A stretch of 64,000 bases of DNA from Pristiophorus japonicus (Eukaryota). The translations under genes and the position numbers were made by a program. The first letter of the stretch is position 1. Every line of letters starts with the position of its first letter. The stretch is taken from contig NC_092006.1 in the NCBI RefSeq assembly GCF_044704955.1, positions 4,898,001-4,962,000 of the forward strand, given 5' to 3'. This document shows positions 25,896-37,067 of the stretch, piece after piece. Under the pieces are notes generated by a model. That model did not search any database, had not been told where the DNA came from, and saw only the letters and a list, made by a program, of their open reading frames with translations.

Positions 25896-27610
25896 TCGAA
25901 CTCGTTTGGCAGAACGTCTGATCGCCAGAGCTTTCACACAAGCACCAAGACGTAGCTTGGTTGGCGGTGAGGAGGGCCTTACCCATCAGAGCCTTCATGC
26001 ACAGCCGACGTCCCAGCAACTCGGCACGGTGCCCCCGAGTCGGCTGCAGGGCGGATGAGACTGTCACCCATCTCCTTCAGGATTGCCCCTTCGCAAGGCA
26101 GGTTTGGAAAGAGATGCAGTGGTTGCTGTCGAGGTTCATCCCGAGCAGCTCCGTAACACAGGACTCTGTGCTCTAGGGGCTGTTCCCAGGGACACACACC
26201 GAGACAGACATCACCTGCTGCTGGAGGGCCATCAACTTGGTCAAAGACGCTCTTTGGTCTTGCCGAGACTTGCTGGTCTTCCAGAGCAAGGAGATGTCCA
26301 CGTCTGCGTGTTGCAGACTGGCGCAATCCACGATCCAGGATTACGTGCTGAGGGTCGCACTTAAAATTGGTGCAGTCGCCGCAAAGGCTCGGTGGGGAAG
26401 GGCCACAGTTTAAAGCCCTTCTGTCACGGTAAACCCGGGGGCAGGAATCAGTACAAAACTCCCCTCGGGCCGTACTTTTTTTAAATTTCGAAATATATTT
26501 TCTTCATATAAAAATTTGTACAGTACATTCAAAAGCAGTTCAGTACATTTAGCTGCGGTCAGCAATCCCATACACTATATTTGGGTGCTGACGGAAGTTC
26601 CGTTCGATACATTTCCTTGCTTTTCAGTTCAAGTACAATTCGGTACAATACGGGATACCTTGTAGTACATTCGACAAATTACATTACACGTGTCACTATA
26701 CATTACACGGAATGGGTGACGGTACATTTACATTTTTCTTTTCAACGTGCATTATGAAACAGACCTTACATTGTACATGGCATGACACAGGTGTTTACAG
26801 ATCATGGTGCTCCATGTACACAAAAAAGAAGTTACAAGTACGACCCGAGGGGAGTTTTGTACTGATTTCTGCCCCCGGGTTTACCGTGTCAGAAGGGCTT
26901 TAAACTGTGGCCCTTCCCCACCGTGCCTTTGCGGCGACTGCACCAATTTTAAGTGCGTCCCTCAGCACGTAATCCTGGATCGTGGATTGCGCCAGTCTGC
27001 AACACGCAGACGTGGACATCTCCTTGCTCTGGAAGATCAGCAAGTCTCGGCAAGACCAAAGAGCGTCTTTGACCGAGTTGATGACCCTCCAGCAGCAGGT
27101 GATGTCAGTCTGGGTGTGTGTCCCTGGGAACAGCCCGTAGAGCACAGAGTCCTGTGTTACGGAGCTGCTCGGGATGAACCTCGACAGCAACCACTGCATC
27201 TCCTTCCAAACCTGCCTTGCGAAGGGGCAATCCTGAAGGAGTTGGGTGACAGTCTCGGGCTGTACTTGTTAATCTGCTTGTATACATAGAGCACCATGTA
27301 CTGACTAACACCTGTGTTTGTGCCATGTACAATGCAAGTCTCTGCACTGTTTAGTAACTTGTAAAGAAATGTAAATGTATTCTCACCCCGTTCCGTGCAC
27401 TGCTTTCAACTGCACAGCGCTACATGTAACATGATTTACGGATTGTACTAAACCGTACCTTGAAATGAAATGCACTCGAGTGCATTATACGGAACTGCTG
27501 TCAGCATCCAAACGAACTGCATGGAATTGCTGGCCACAAGTAGCTGAACTATTTTCCAATGTATTGTGAACATTTTATATGAATAAAGTATATTTTTGGA
27601 AAACAAAAAC
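25896..27610 (+). mobile_element. Tx1-clade LINE 3' fragment with a same-family copy inserted antisense (26478-27253)
   Basis: CCHC zinc-finger region (CPRVGC..ETVTHLLQDC); 14-bp TSD ctcgggc(c/t)gtactt at 26464-26477 and 27254-27267. Confidence 0.8.
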
Positions 27611-27992
27611 ACGGACTGCAGCGGTTCAAGAAGGCGGCTCACCACCGCCTTCTCAAGGGGCGATTGGGGATAGGCAATAAATGCCGGCCCGGCCAGCGAC
27701 GCCCAGATCCTGTGAACGAATCAAACACAATTCTAAACTTTTAACTGCCAAAATGAATAGTCAGAACAGTGTAAAATGTGCACACCCATACCGTAATCTT
27801 TCCGCCATGCTCTCCGAACGACAATGCAGCAAAGCTCTTCGCGTCCACTCTGCAACTCGCACTAGCCTGGCCACTGTGACGCACAGACGCTGGCCACATC
27901 TCAAGTGCATGAAGGATGGGATTGCTCAGGGCACGGCACCCAAAAGGCTTAGGTCGTAATAGTTTCCACTGCATCTGAAGGGGCTGCAACCG

Positions 27993-28039
<47 letters not shown>

Positions 28040-28119
28040 ACGGAACATTTGTCGCCCTCTCCGACTGTAGAATGTTCTGAGCGAGCACGGGAATAGCTGA
28101 GTGTGTCCCCGGCCCCAGG

Positions 28120-28177
28120 ATGTTGCTGGAAGCGTTTCCCCTGATCCTCACACTCCACCACGTGTGTTGGAATTACG
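28120..28177 (+). CDS. Gene A leader exon MLLEAFPLILTLHHVCWNY
   Basis: ATG, hydrophobic stretch, G|GTGAGT phase-1 donor. Confidence 0.65.
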
Positions 28178-31100
28178 GTGAGTGACCCGTGCTTGGGACC
28201 AGCCGAAAACGGGAAACAAGGGGACTGTGGTTGCGGAGTTGAAAATGTGACCCAGCTTTTGCCCCGATATTTTCGCCCCCTCTCCCTATCTCCGTAACCT
28301 CCTTCAGCCCTGCAACCCTCCCTATCTCTGTAACCTCCTTCAGCCCTGCAACCCTCCCTATCACTGTAACCCCCTCCAGCCCCTCCAACCCTCCCTATCT
28401 CTGTAACGCCCTCCAGCCCCTACACCTCTCCCTATCTCTGTAACCCCCTCCAGCCCCTACACCCCTCCCTATCTTTGTAACCCCCACCAGCCCCTACAAC
28501 CCTCCCTATCTCTGTCACCTCCTCTAGCACCTACACCCCTCCCTATCTCTGTAACCCCCTCCAACCCCTGCAACCCTCCCTATCTCTGTAACTCCCTCCA
28601 GCCCCTGCAACCCTCCCTATCTCTGTAACCTCCTCCAGCCCTCCAAACCCCCCGAGATCTCTGCGCTCCCCAATTCTCTTGAACAACCCCAATTGTAATG
28701 ACTCAACCATCAGTGGATGTACCTTCAGCTGCCTGGGCCCCAAGCTCTGAAACTCCCTCCCTAAACCTCTCCGCCTCTCTCTCCTCCTTTAAGACGCTCC
28801 TTAAAACCGACTTCTTTGTCCCAGCTTTTGATCATTACCTAATATCTCATTTTGTGACTCGATGTCACATTTCCGTGAAGCGTCTTGGGACATTCAATTA
28901 CGTTGAAGGCGCTTTATAAAAGAGATATTTTGTTGTTGATAATGTTGGTTTACTTTCAGGTCCTTCTACAAGGCTAAGCAAAGGCAAAGTAGAGAATGGG
29001 TCCAATCTGCCATAACTAAAGGCAATAATGCCGCTGGTCTTAAGTTACAGGCGATGGGTTTGAAAGCGGCCTCTCTCCATCTCTCAAAAATCAACATGAA
29101 GAAATTGTATTTATATAGCGCCTTTAATGTAGTGTCCTGGAGCCAATATTTATCCCTCAACCAACATCGCTAAAACAGATGATTTGGGTCATTATCACAT
29201 TGCTGTGTGTGGGAGCTTGCTGTGCGCAAATTGGCTTCCGCGTTTCCCACATTACAACAGTGAGCACACTCCAAAAAAAGGGCTTAATTGGCCGTAAAGC
29301 GTTTTGAGACGGCCGGTGGTCGTGAAAGGCGCTATATAAATCCAAGTCTTTCTTTCTTTTTAGTAAAACGCTTCACAGGAGAATTATTTTTAAAAATTTG
29401 ACCCCGAGCCACATGAGGAGATATTAGGGACAGGTGACCAAAAGCTGGGTCAAAGAGATCGGTTTGAAGGAGCGTCTTAAAGAAGGAGAGCGAGGCGGAG
29501 AGGTTTAGGGAGGGAGTTCCAGAGCTTGGGGCCCAGGCAGCTGAAGGCACGGCCACCGATGGTGGAGCGATGGAAATCGGGGGATGGGCAAGAGGGCAGA
29601 ATTGGAGGAGTGCAGAGATCTCGGAGGGTCGTGGGGGCTGAAGAAGGTTACAGAGTTAGGGAGGGGTGTATGGGTTAGAGGAGGTTAAGAGATAGGGAGG
29701 AGTGTAGGGGCTGGAGAGGGTTACAGAGATCGGGAGGGGTGTAGGGGCTGGAGGGGGGTTACAGAGATAGGGAGGGAAATAGTGGCTGGAGGGGGTTACA
29801 GAGATAGGGAACGGTTTAGGGGCTGGTGGAGGTTACAGAGATAGGGAGGGGTGTAGGAGCTGGAGGAGGTTACAGAGATAGGGAGGGGTGTAGGGGCTGG
29901 AGGAGGTTACAGAGATTGGGAGGGAAATAGTGGCTGGAGGGGGTTACAGAGATAGGGAACGGTTTAGGGGCTGGTGGAGGTTACAGAGATAGGGAGGGGT
30001 GTAGGAGCTGGAGGAGGTTACAGAGATAGGGAGGGGTGTAGGGGCTGAAGGAGGTTACAGAGATTGGGAGGGGTGTAGGGGCTGGAGGAGGTTACAGAGA
30101 TTGGGAGGGGTGTAGGGGCTGGAGTGATTTACAGAGATAGGAAGGGGTGGAGGGGCTGGAAGGGATTACAGAGATAGGGAGCGGTTTAGGGGCTGGAGGG
30201 GGTTACAGAGATAGGGAGGGGTGTATGGGTTAGAGGAGGTTAAGAGATTGGGAGGGGTGTAGGGGCTGGAGGAGGTTACAGAGATTGGGAGGGGTGTAGG
30301 GGCTGGAGGAGGTTACAGAGATAGGGAGGGGTGTAGGGGCTGGAGGGGGTTACATAGATAGGAAGGGGTGTAGGGGCTGGAGGGGATTACAGAAATAGGG
30401 AGTGGATTAGGGGCTGGAGGAGGTTACAGAGATAGGGAGGGGTGTAGGGGCTGGAGGAGATTACAGAGATAGGGAGGGGTGTAGGGGCAGGAGGTTACAG
30501 AGATAGGGAAGGTGTGTAGGGGCTGGAGGAGGTTACAGAGATAGGAAGGTGTGTAGGGGCTGGAGGGGATTACAGAAATAGGGAGGGGTTTAGGGGCTGG
30601 AGGGGGTTACAGAGATAGGGAGGGGTGTAGGAGCTGGAAGAGATTACTGAGATAGGGAGGGGTGTAGGGGCTGGAGGTTACAGAGATAGGAAGGGGTGTA
30701 GGGGCTGGAGGAGGTTACAGAGATAGGGAGGGGTGTAGGGGCTGGACGAGGTGACAGAGATAGGGAGGGGTGTAGAACTGGAGGAGGTGACAGAGCTCGG
30801 GAGGGGGCGCGGCCATGGGGGGGATTTAAACACAAGGATGTGAATTTTGAAATTGGGGCGTTGTTTAACCAGGAGCCAGTGTGGGTCAGCGAGCACAGGG
30901 GCGATGGGTGAGCGGGACTGGCTGCGAGTTGGGACACAGGTCGGGGCTGCAGAAGTGTGGGATGAACTGGCGTTGAAGGCGCGGGGGTTGGAGTGGACAA
31001 ACCATCTCTAATGGGACCCCCCCCCCTCTGTCCAGTCGCAGGATCTGAACCCTTCACTGTGACGGCGGCAGCCGGGGAGACGGTGGAACTGGAATGCCAC

Positions 31101-34100
31101 CTGGATTACGAAGTGGAATTCGTGGACAGCTACTTCTGGTACAAGCAACTCGTGGGGGAAGCGCCCAAGTTGGTGCATATACCAGCCTGCCGTGGAACCA
31201 TCTGCAAGTTTACTTCGAAGAGAGGGCGCAACAAATATATCCTGGTCCTGCAAATCCTGAAAGTGAACACTTCTGACGCCGGGTCCTACTACTGTGCTGA
31301 TAGGGATGGCTATGCTTCCCTTAGGAACAGTTCCTTGCTGCTGGTTGGAGGTAAGAACAAAGCCCGATTGAATTCATCCCATGCACATGCGATTAAAATT
31401 GCATTAGCCAGAATTTAACTGTTTCTTCCATCTCCATCCCCACCCAGACAGTTCTACGCCTAAGACCGATGTGCTGGTGTTTGTGACTCCAGGGGAGCCA
31501 CCTGTGAGGGAAACCATCCCCTTGGTGTGTCTGGTGACCGGCGTGTCCTCCAGGCAAATTGCCATTTACTGGAACGTGTCGGGACAGTTCGTCGCGGGAC
31601 GGAGCGAGGTCGGCACCCTGGACCCCGACGGGACCTACAGCATCAGAAGCCACGTGATGGTCGGGGCGGAGATCTGGAGCAACAGAGGGGTCTGCACTTG
31701 TATCGTCGAGCTGGGGTCGCCGGGCAAGTCTTGGACCAAGAGCGTGTCCCGTCCTGAAGCGGCGACAGGTGAGTCATAGCAACATCGAAACATAGAAAAT
31801 AGGGGCAGGAGCAGGCCATTCGGCCCTTCGAGCCTGCACCACCATTCAATATGATCATGGCTGATCATGCAACTTCAGTACCCCATTCCTGCTTTCTCTC
31901 CATACCCCTTGATCCCTTTATCCGTAAGGGCCACATCTAACTCCCTTTTGAATATATCCAACGAACTGGCCTCAACAACTTTCTGTGGTAGAGAATTCCA
32001 CAGGTTCACAATTCTCTGAGTGAAGAAGTTCCTCCTCATCTCGGTCCTAAATGGCTTACCCCTTATCCTTAGACTGTGACGGGGAGCTCGGTTGCGAAAG
32101 TGTAACATCGGTTGGACTGGTTCTCTCGCCCCTATTAAGCAACTCCGCGGGTCAAACACAGAGAGATATCTATCAGGAGAAACAGTGCAGCCAGCCTATT
32201 GGGAAATACCTTGAAATAAGCCCACCCGTCACAGGTCTTGTAAATAATTTCTCTGCTCTCGACTGCCCTTCGATTTCTGCCTGTCACCTTCGAATTATAG
32301 ACTTACACAGCACAGAATCAGGGGTCACCCATTTAAGACAGAGATGAGGAGGAATTTCTGCTCTCAGAAGGTTGTAAATCTGTGGAATTCACTGCCTCGG
32401 AGAGTTGTGGAAGAACATAATAACATAAGAAATAGGAGCAGGAGTCGGCCATTCGGTCCCTCGAGCCTGCTCCGCCATTTAATACGATCATGGCTGATCC
32501 GATCATGGACTCAGGTCCACTTCCCTGCCCGCCCACTTAATCCCTTATCGATTAAGAAACTGTCTATCTCCGTCTTAAATATATTCAATGTCCCGGCTCT
32601 CTGAGGCAGCGAATTCCACAGATTTACAACCCTCTGAGAGAAGAAATTTCTCCTCATCTCAGTTTTAAATGGATGGCCCCTTATTCTAAGATTATGCCCC
32701 CTAGTTCTAGTCTCCCCCATCAGTGGGGATCATTGAATAAATTTAAGACAGAGAGAGACAGTTTCTTAGCCGATAAGGGACTAAGGGGGCGGGCAGGGAA
32801 GTGGAGCTGAGTCCATGATCGGATCAGCCATGATCTTATTGAATGGTGGAGCAGGCTCGAGGGGCCGAATGGCCGACTCCTGCTCCTATTTCTTATGTTC
32901 TCATGTATATTCTATATCGGGAGAAACAATGCAGTCTGTCTGTTAAAAAATATGTTGAAATAAGCTATGGTCACCCTCCAAACCAGGCCTTTTAAATATT
33001 TTCTCTGCTCTTGACTGCCCTTCGATTTCGGCGTGTCATCTTAGAATTATCGAATACAGCACAGGAGTCGGCCATTCGGCCCCTCGAGCCTGCTCCATCA
33101 TTCAATAAGATCACGGCTGATCTTCGACCTCAACTCCACAATCCTGCACTGTCCCCACTTGGTTCCCCTCGAGTCCAAAAATCTATTGCTCCCTGTCTCA
33201 ACGACTGAGCCTCCACAGCCCTCTGGGGCAGAGAATTCCAAAGATTCACCACCCTCTGAGTGAAGAAATTCCTCCTCATCTCAGTCCTAAATGGCCGAGC
33301 CCTTATCCTGAGACTGTGTGCCCCCTGGTTCTAGACTCCCCAGCCCGGGGGGAAACACCCTCCCTGCATCTACCCTGTCGAGCCCTGTCAGAATGTTGTA
33401 TGTTTCAATGAGATCACCTCTCATTCTTCCAAGCTAGGAGTTTACAACATAGAAACATAGAAATTTACAGCGCAGAAGGAGGCCATTTCAGCCCATCGTA
33501 TCCACACCGGCCGACAAAGAGCCACACGGCCCTCGGTCAGCAGCCCTGAAGGTTACATATAAACCTACGAACGATGAACAATGACGGAAAGGCAAAGAGC
33601 ACCCAGCCCAACCAGTCCGCCCCACACAACTGCGACACCCCTTACACCGAAACATTCTACACTCCACCCCAACCATTGTCCAATTAGCCCCATTCCCCCA
33701 ACCTTTTCCCCACAGTCCTGCAAAGTGTCACTCTCCAAGTATTTATCAAATTCCCTTTTGAAAGTTATTAATTAATCTGCTTCTACTGCCCGGCAGCGCG
33801 TCTTGGAATAATTTTAAGATTAAAATCTATTTTAATTTTAATTTTGACTTGTGGATATCTGCAAATCAGACATATTACCCTCGGGTTGTGACGCTTCAGC
33901 GAAATCGGGTTATCGTTCCAGTTTAAGGATAAGGGGTAAGCCATTTAGGACCAAGATGAGGAGAAACTTCTTCACCCAGAGAGTGGTGAACCTGTGGAAT
34001 TCTCTACCACAGGAAGTTGTTGAGGCCAGTTCGTTGGATATATTCAAAAGGGCGTTAGATGTGGCCCTTACGGCTAAAGGGATCAAGGGTTATGCAGAGA

Positions 34101-36377
34101 AAGCAGGAATGGGGTACTGAAGTTGCGTGATCAGCCATGATCATATTGAATGGTGGTGCAGGCTCGAAGGGCCGAATGGCCTGCTCCTGCACCTATTTTC
34201 TATGTTTCTATATAATCCTGTGTAATAGTGCAACTTATTCTATTGGCGAGCATTCACTCGTCCAATATTGGTCGCGTTGGCTGGTTTGTGGTTTCACAGC
34301 CCGCGTTGGATGCGCCTAAATTGTAACTGGGTCGCGTTTCTCACAAGTGAATCGCAGAAAGAGTGGCTTGACCCAGCAACATTTTCTAAGTGTCCTGTCT
34401 TTGCAGACTGGTGTACACCGATCCTTCCTGCAATTGGTGTCTCGGCGATCTTGGTTCTAGTACTGATCCTTATTATTCTGTGTCATCATAACTGCGGCAG
34501 ACGAGGTGAGGGTTTATATCCGTCAAAAATATCTTTTATAAATGCTTGTTCAACGTGAGTCCCTTCTCGTATCTTTCGATACTAATTTACAGTGAACTGT
34601 TTCAGAAGGACGAGACAAGAGGCCCCGCCAGGAAAGGTGAGTAATTGAACTATTTACAAAGTTGATCAATGAGAGTCTCGCTGGGTTTAACACCGCGTCA
34701 GAACCAGTTTACCCCCAACTCTGATTCCAGTGCCAGATATTATTTGTGTTTTCCACGTTCTTTTTGAGCATGGTTCCAAGACCATTCCACAACTCTGTTC
34801 TCGGTATTTACGGCACGTGGCCACGGATTCACAGGAGGTAGAAAAGTAAAATACTGCGGATGCGAGCAATGTGACAGATACAGAGTTACAGACAGAGAGN
34901 NNNNNNNNNNNNNNNNNNNNNNNNNNNNNNNNNNNNNNNNNNNNNNNNNNNNNNNNNNNNNNNNNNNNNNNNNNNNNNNNNNNNNNNNNNNNNNNNNNNN
35001 NNNNNNNNNNNNNNNNNNNNNNNNNNNNNNNNNNNNNNNNNNNNNNNNNNNNNNNNNNNNNNNNNNNNNNNNNNNNNNNNNNNNNNNNNNNNNNNNNNNN
35101 NNNNNNNNNNNNNNNNNNNNNNNNNNNNNNNNNNNAGAGATGTAACCGGGTTTAAGCTCCACTTTCTCTGTACTTGCTGGAAACATTTTTCCTACATTAA
35201 AACAATGACTACACTTCAAAAAAGTATGCCATTGGCTGTAAAGTGCTTTGGGAGCCCAGTGGTCGCTACAGAAACGCCAGTCTGTCTTTGTTTCATTTCT
35301 GTTTTATCTCTAACGTTCTCTCGAAGGGTAACAGACCTGAAAGGTTAACTCAGTTTCTCTCCACAAATGCTGCCTGACCCGCTGAGCATCACAAGAAGTA
35401 ATGTTTGTCTCCTGTTTCTGTTCCCACACGGTTTCAGCTCCAGAGGGACAGTGAACAGAGCAGGAGGAGGTGAACCACACTTGGGTGAGTTGGATTGAAA
35501 TGTTGGCGCAAATAGAACGTCAAATGCAGGATATTTCAAAATTCAATTGGGGCATTACCCGCCTTCAAAATATTCTCCTGTCTGCCGGACATCCAGAAAG
35601 GCTAATTACTGCTTAGTCATGCCAATTAATAATGTATCAGATTGTTAAATGATGTATCGGGTGGACAGTAGTCGCCAGACACCGGGGGTAGATCGTCCGT
35701 GCCCATCCATTGGTGTATTGGACCATTGGTGTATTGGACCATTGGTTTATTGGACCATTGGTGTATTGCACCATTGGTTTATTGGACCATTGGTGTATTG
35801 CACCATTGGTTTATTGGACCATTGGTGTATTGCACCATCAGTGTATTGGGGGAACATTGGTGTATTAATGGACCATTGGTTTATTGGGGGTCATAGGCTT
35901 AATGATGGACTATTGGCGCTCAGTGCCTCTATAATTTATTATAAATGAGCCGGACTTGACAATAATTAAATTCAAATTCTTAACTATTTATACACAGTTG
36001 ACACCCATCAAATGGAGGCAAGGCAGACACATCAGGGTACAAGACATGTAAGTAAATTCATTGACCCTGTTGCAATAATATACAGGAATTTGCCGATTTT
36101 CTAGGTATCGCATGCAAATAATTGGCTTGTCTCTTTCAAAGAGCTGGCACGGGCATGATGGGCCGAATGGCCTATGCCTGTGCTGTATCGTGCTACGATT
36201 CCTTGAAACGCGATTGCGGGGTGGGATAGTTTGAGCTGCCTTTCGAATAACTTGGAACTTGTCGATATTTAACGTGTGTTCCTGTCTCAGGGCGCCCCGC
36301 AAGACCAGACTTTCTACGCCTCTCTGCAATTCGAAGCCGCGGAAAAGTCATCAAGAAAGAAGGCGGGTCGCCGATGA
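28120..36377 (+). CDS. IgSF gene A: non-rearranging V-C1-TM receptor with cytoplasmic TxYxxL (model join 28120-28177,31036-31350,31448-31768,34407-34505,34606-34636,35438-35484,35998-36047,36291-36377; 335 aa)
   Basis: All introns GT-AG; phases 1,1,1,1,2,1,0 give one open frame of 1008 nt. AATAAA at 36915-36920. The three small cytoplasmic exons are the least certain. Confidence 0.8.
28281..28920 (+). mobile_element. L2-like LINE 3' fragment with C-rich ~34-bp tandem (28281-28645)
   Basis: ctgggccccaagctctgaaactccctccctaaacctctccgcc..tttaagacgctccttaaaacc (L2 ORF2 end); inverted relative to 29400-30950. Confidence 0.7.
29100..29360 (+). mobile_element. Deu-SINE 3' half
   Basis: Deu core and tail sequence. 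Confidence 0.75.
29400..30950 (-). mobile_element. L2-like LINE fragment with G-rich ~34-bp tandem (ggaggttacagagatagggaggggtgtaggggct)n at about 29640-30800
   Basis: Reverse complement of the element at 28281-28920. Confidence 0.75.
31036..31350 (+). CDS. Gene A V-set Ig domain exon
   Basis: GETVELEC...YFWYKQ..GEAPK...LQILKVNTSDAGSYYC; phase-1 at both ends. Confidence 0.92.
31448..31768 (+). CDS. Gene A C1-set Ig domain exon
   Basis: IPLVCLVTG....IAIYW...DPDGTYSIRSHVMV..EIW..RGVCTCIV; 97-bp intron from the V exon. Confidence 0.92.
31788..34211. mobile_element. Cluster of CR1 3' fragments in gene A intron 3
   Basis: ORFs 31875-32159(-), 32511-32720(-), 33851-34120(+) with NFFTQR..NLWNSLP. 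Confidence 0.8.
34407..34505 (+). CDS. Gene A stalk-Cys + transmembrane exon
   Basis: DWCTPILPAIGVSAILVLVLILIILCHHNCGRR; tgcag| acceptor, |GTGAG donor. Confidence 0.88.
35706..35890. repeat. 16-bp tandem (accattggtgtattgg)n
   Basis: About 11 units by inspection. Confidence 0.9.
36291..36377 (+). CDS. Gene A terminal exon with ITIM/ITSM-like TFYASL
   Basis: tctcag|GGC; GAPQDQTFYASLQFEAAEKSSRKKAGRR*. Confidence 0.75.
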   Translation, partial: GAPQDQTFYASLQFEAAEKSSRKKAGRR

Positions 36378-37067
36378 GAACCCCGGAGGGGTTTCTAGCC
36401 GGTGGACGAGGGAGGAGACGGAACGTGCAAAGAAGAATGCCCAGCCCGGCGGAGTTAAGACTTAAGCCACAGAGACTCCAATCAAACATCCGGGGGCTGG
36501 ACTTTTCACTTCACATCGCTGGCCTAGTGCCCATATATCACCCAAAATGCCCTGCTATTGCCCATTTCACTTCGCTGGCCAATCGGCGAGTGGAAAATGG
36601 CGATACAAAAAATGGGCGATGTTCCAGCGATCAGTAAGGCTGACACATCGACCATCGCTGGAACATCGTTCATTTTTTGGGCGATAGTCTAGCCTACCTC
36701 CCTGTGTTCGGAAGGGTTTGCAAACACTCTTTCTGTTGAATGTAAAAGACCCGTGCTTTGAGTATTGTAAAGATGTCGCACTGTATTAGTGAGACCACCA
36801 TTTAGACCAGGGTCTTCTCAGTTTCCTGATTCTCTGAATCTTTTTCTGCTGACCCTGTAATTCCAGTCAGTAACAAGATTGGGGTTTATTTTTTGTCGCA
36901 AATGCTTGAATATAAATAAAATAAATGATCCTTTGACTGTAATGATGCACAGGAGGTTCCTATCGTTCAATGCTTCACTTACAATTCAATGTCATCTGGA
37001 TAAAACTTCGCTGGCTCTGAGCTGCCAATATCAGTCCTGAATTGAAAGAGTGTTAGTGGCGATATTC

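Noticed and set aside
34593-34636. Alternative acceptor giving a shorter gene A tail spliced straight to 36291
   Set aside because: Frame-compatible, but only about 6 nt from the putative branch point; the 34606 acceptor accommodates two further well-bounded exons. Not excluded as a minor isoform.
36607-36678. Hairpin in gene A 3' UTR as a possible miRNA
   Set aside because: Looks like an internal palindrome of a MITE-type repeat; no independent support.
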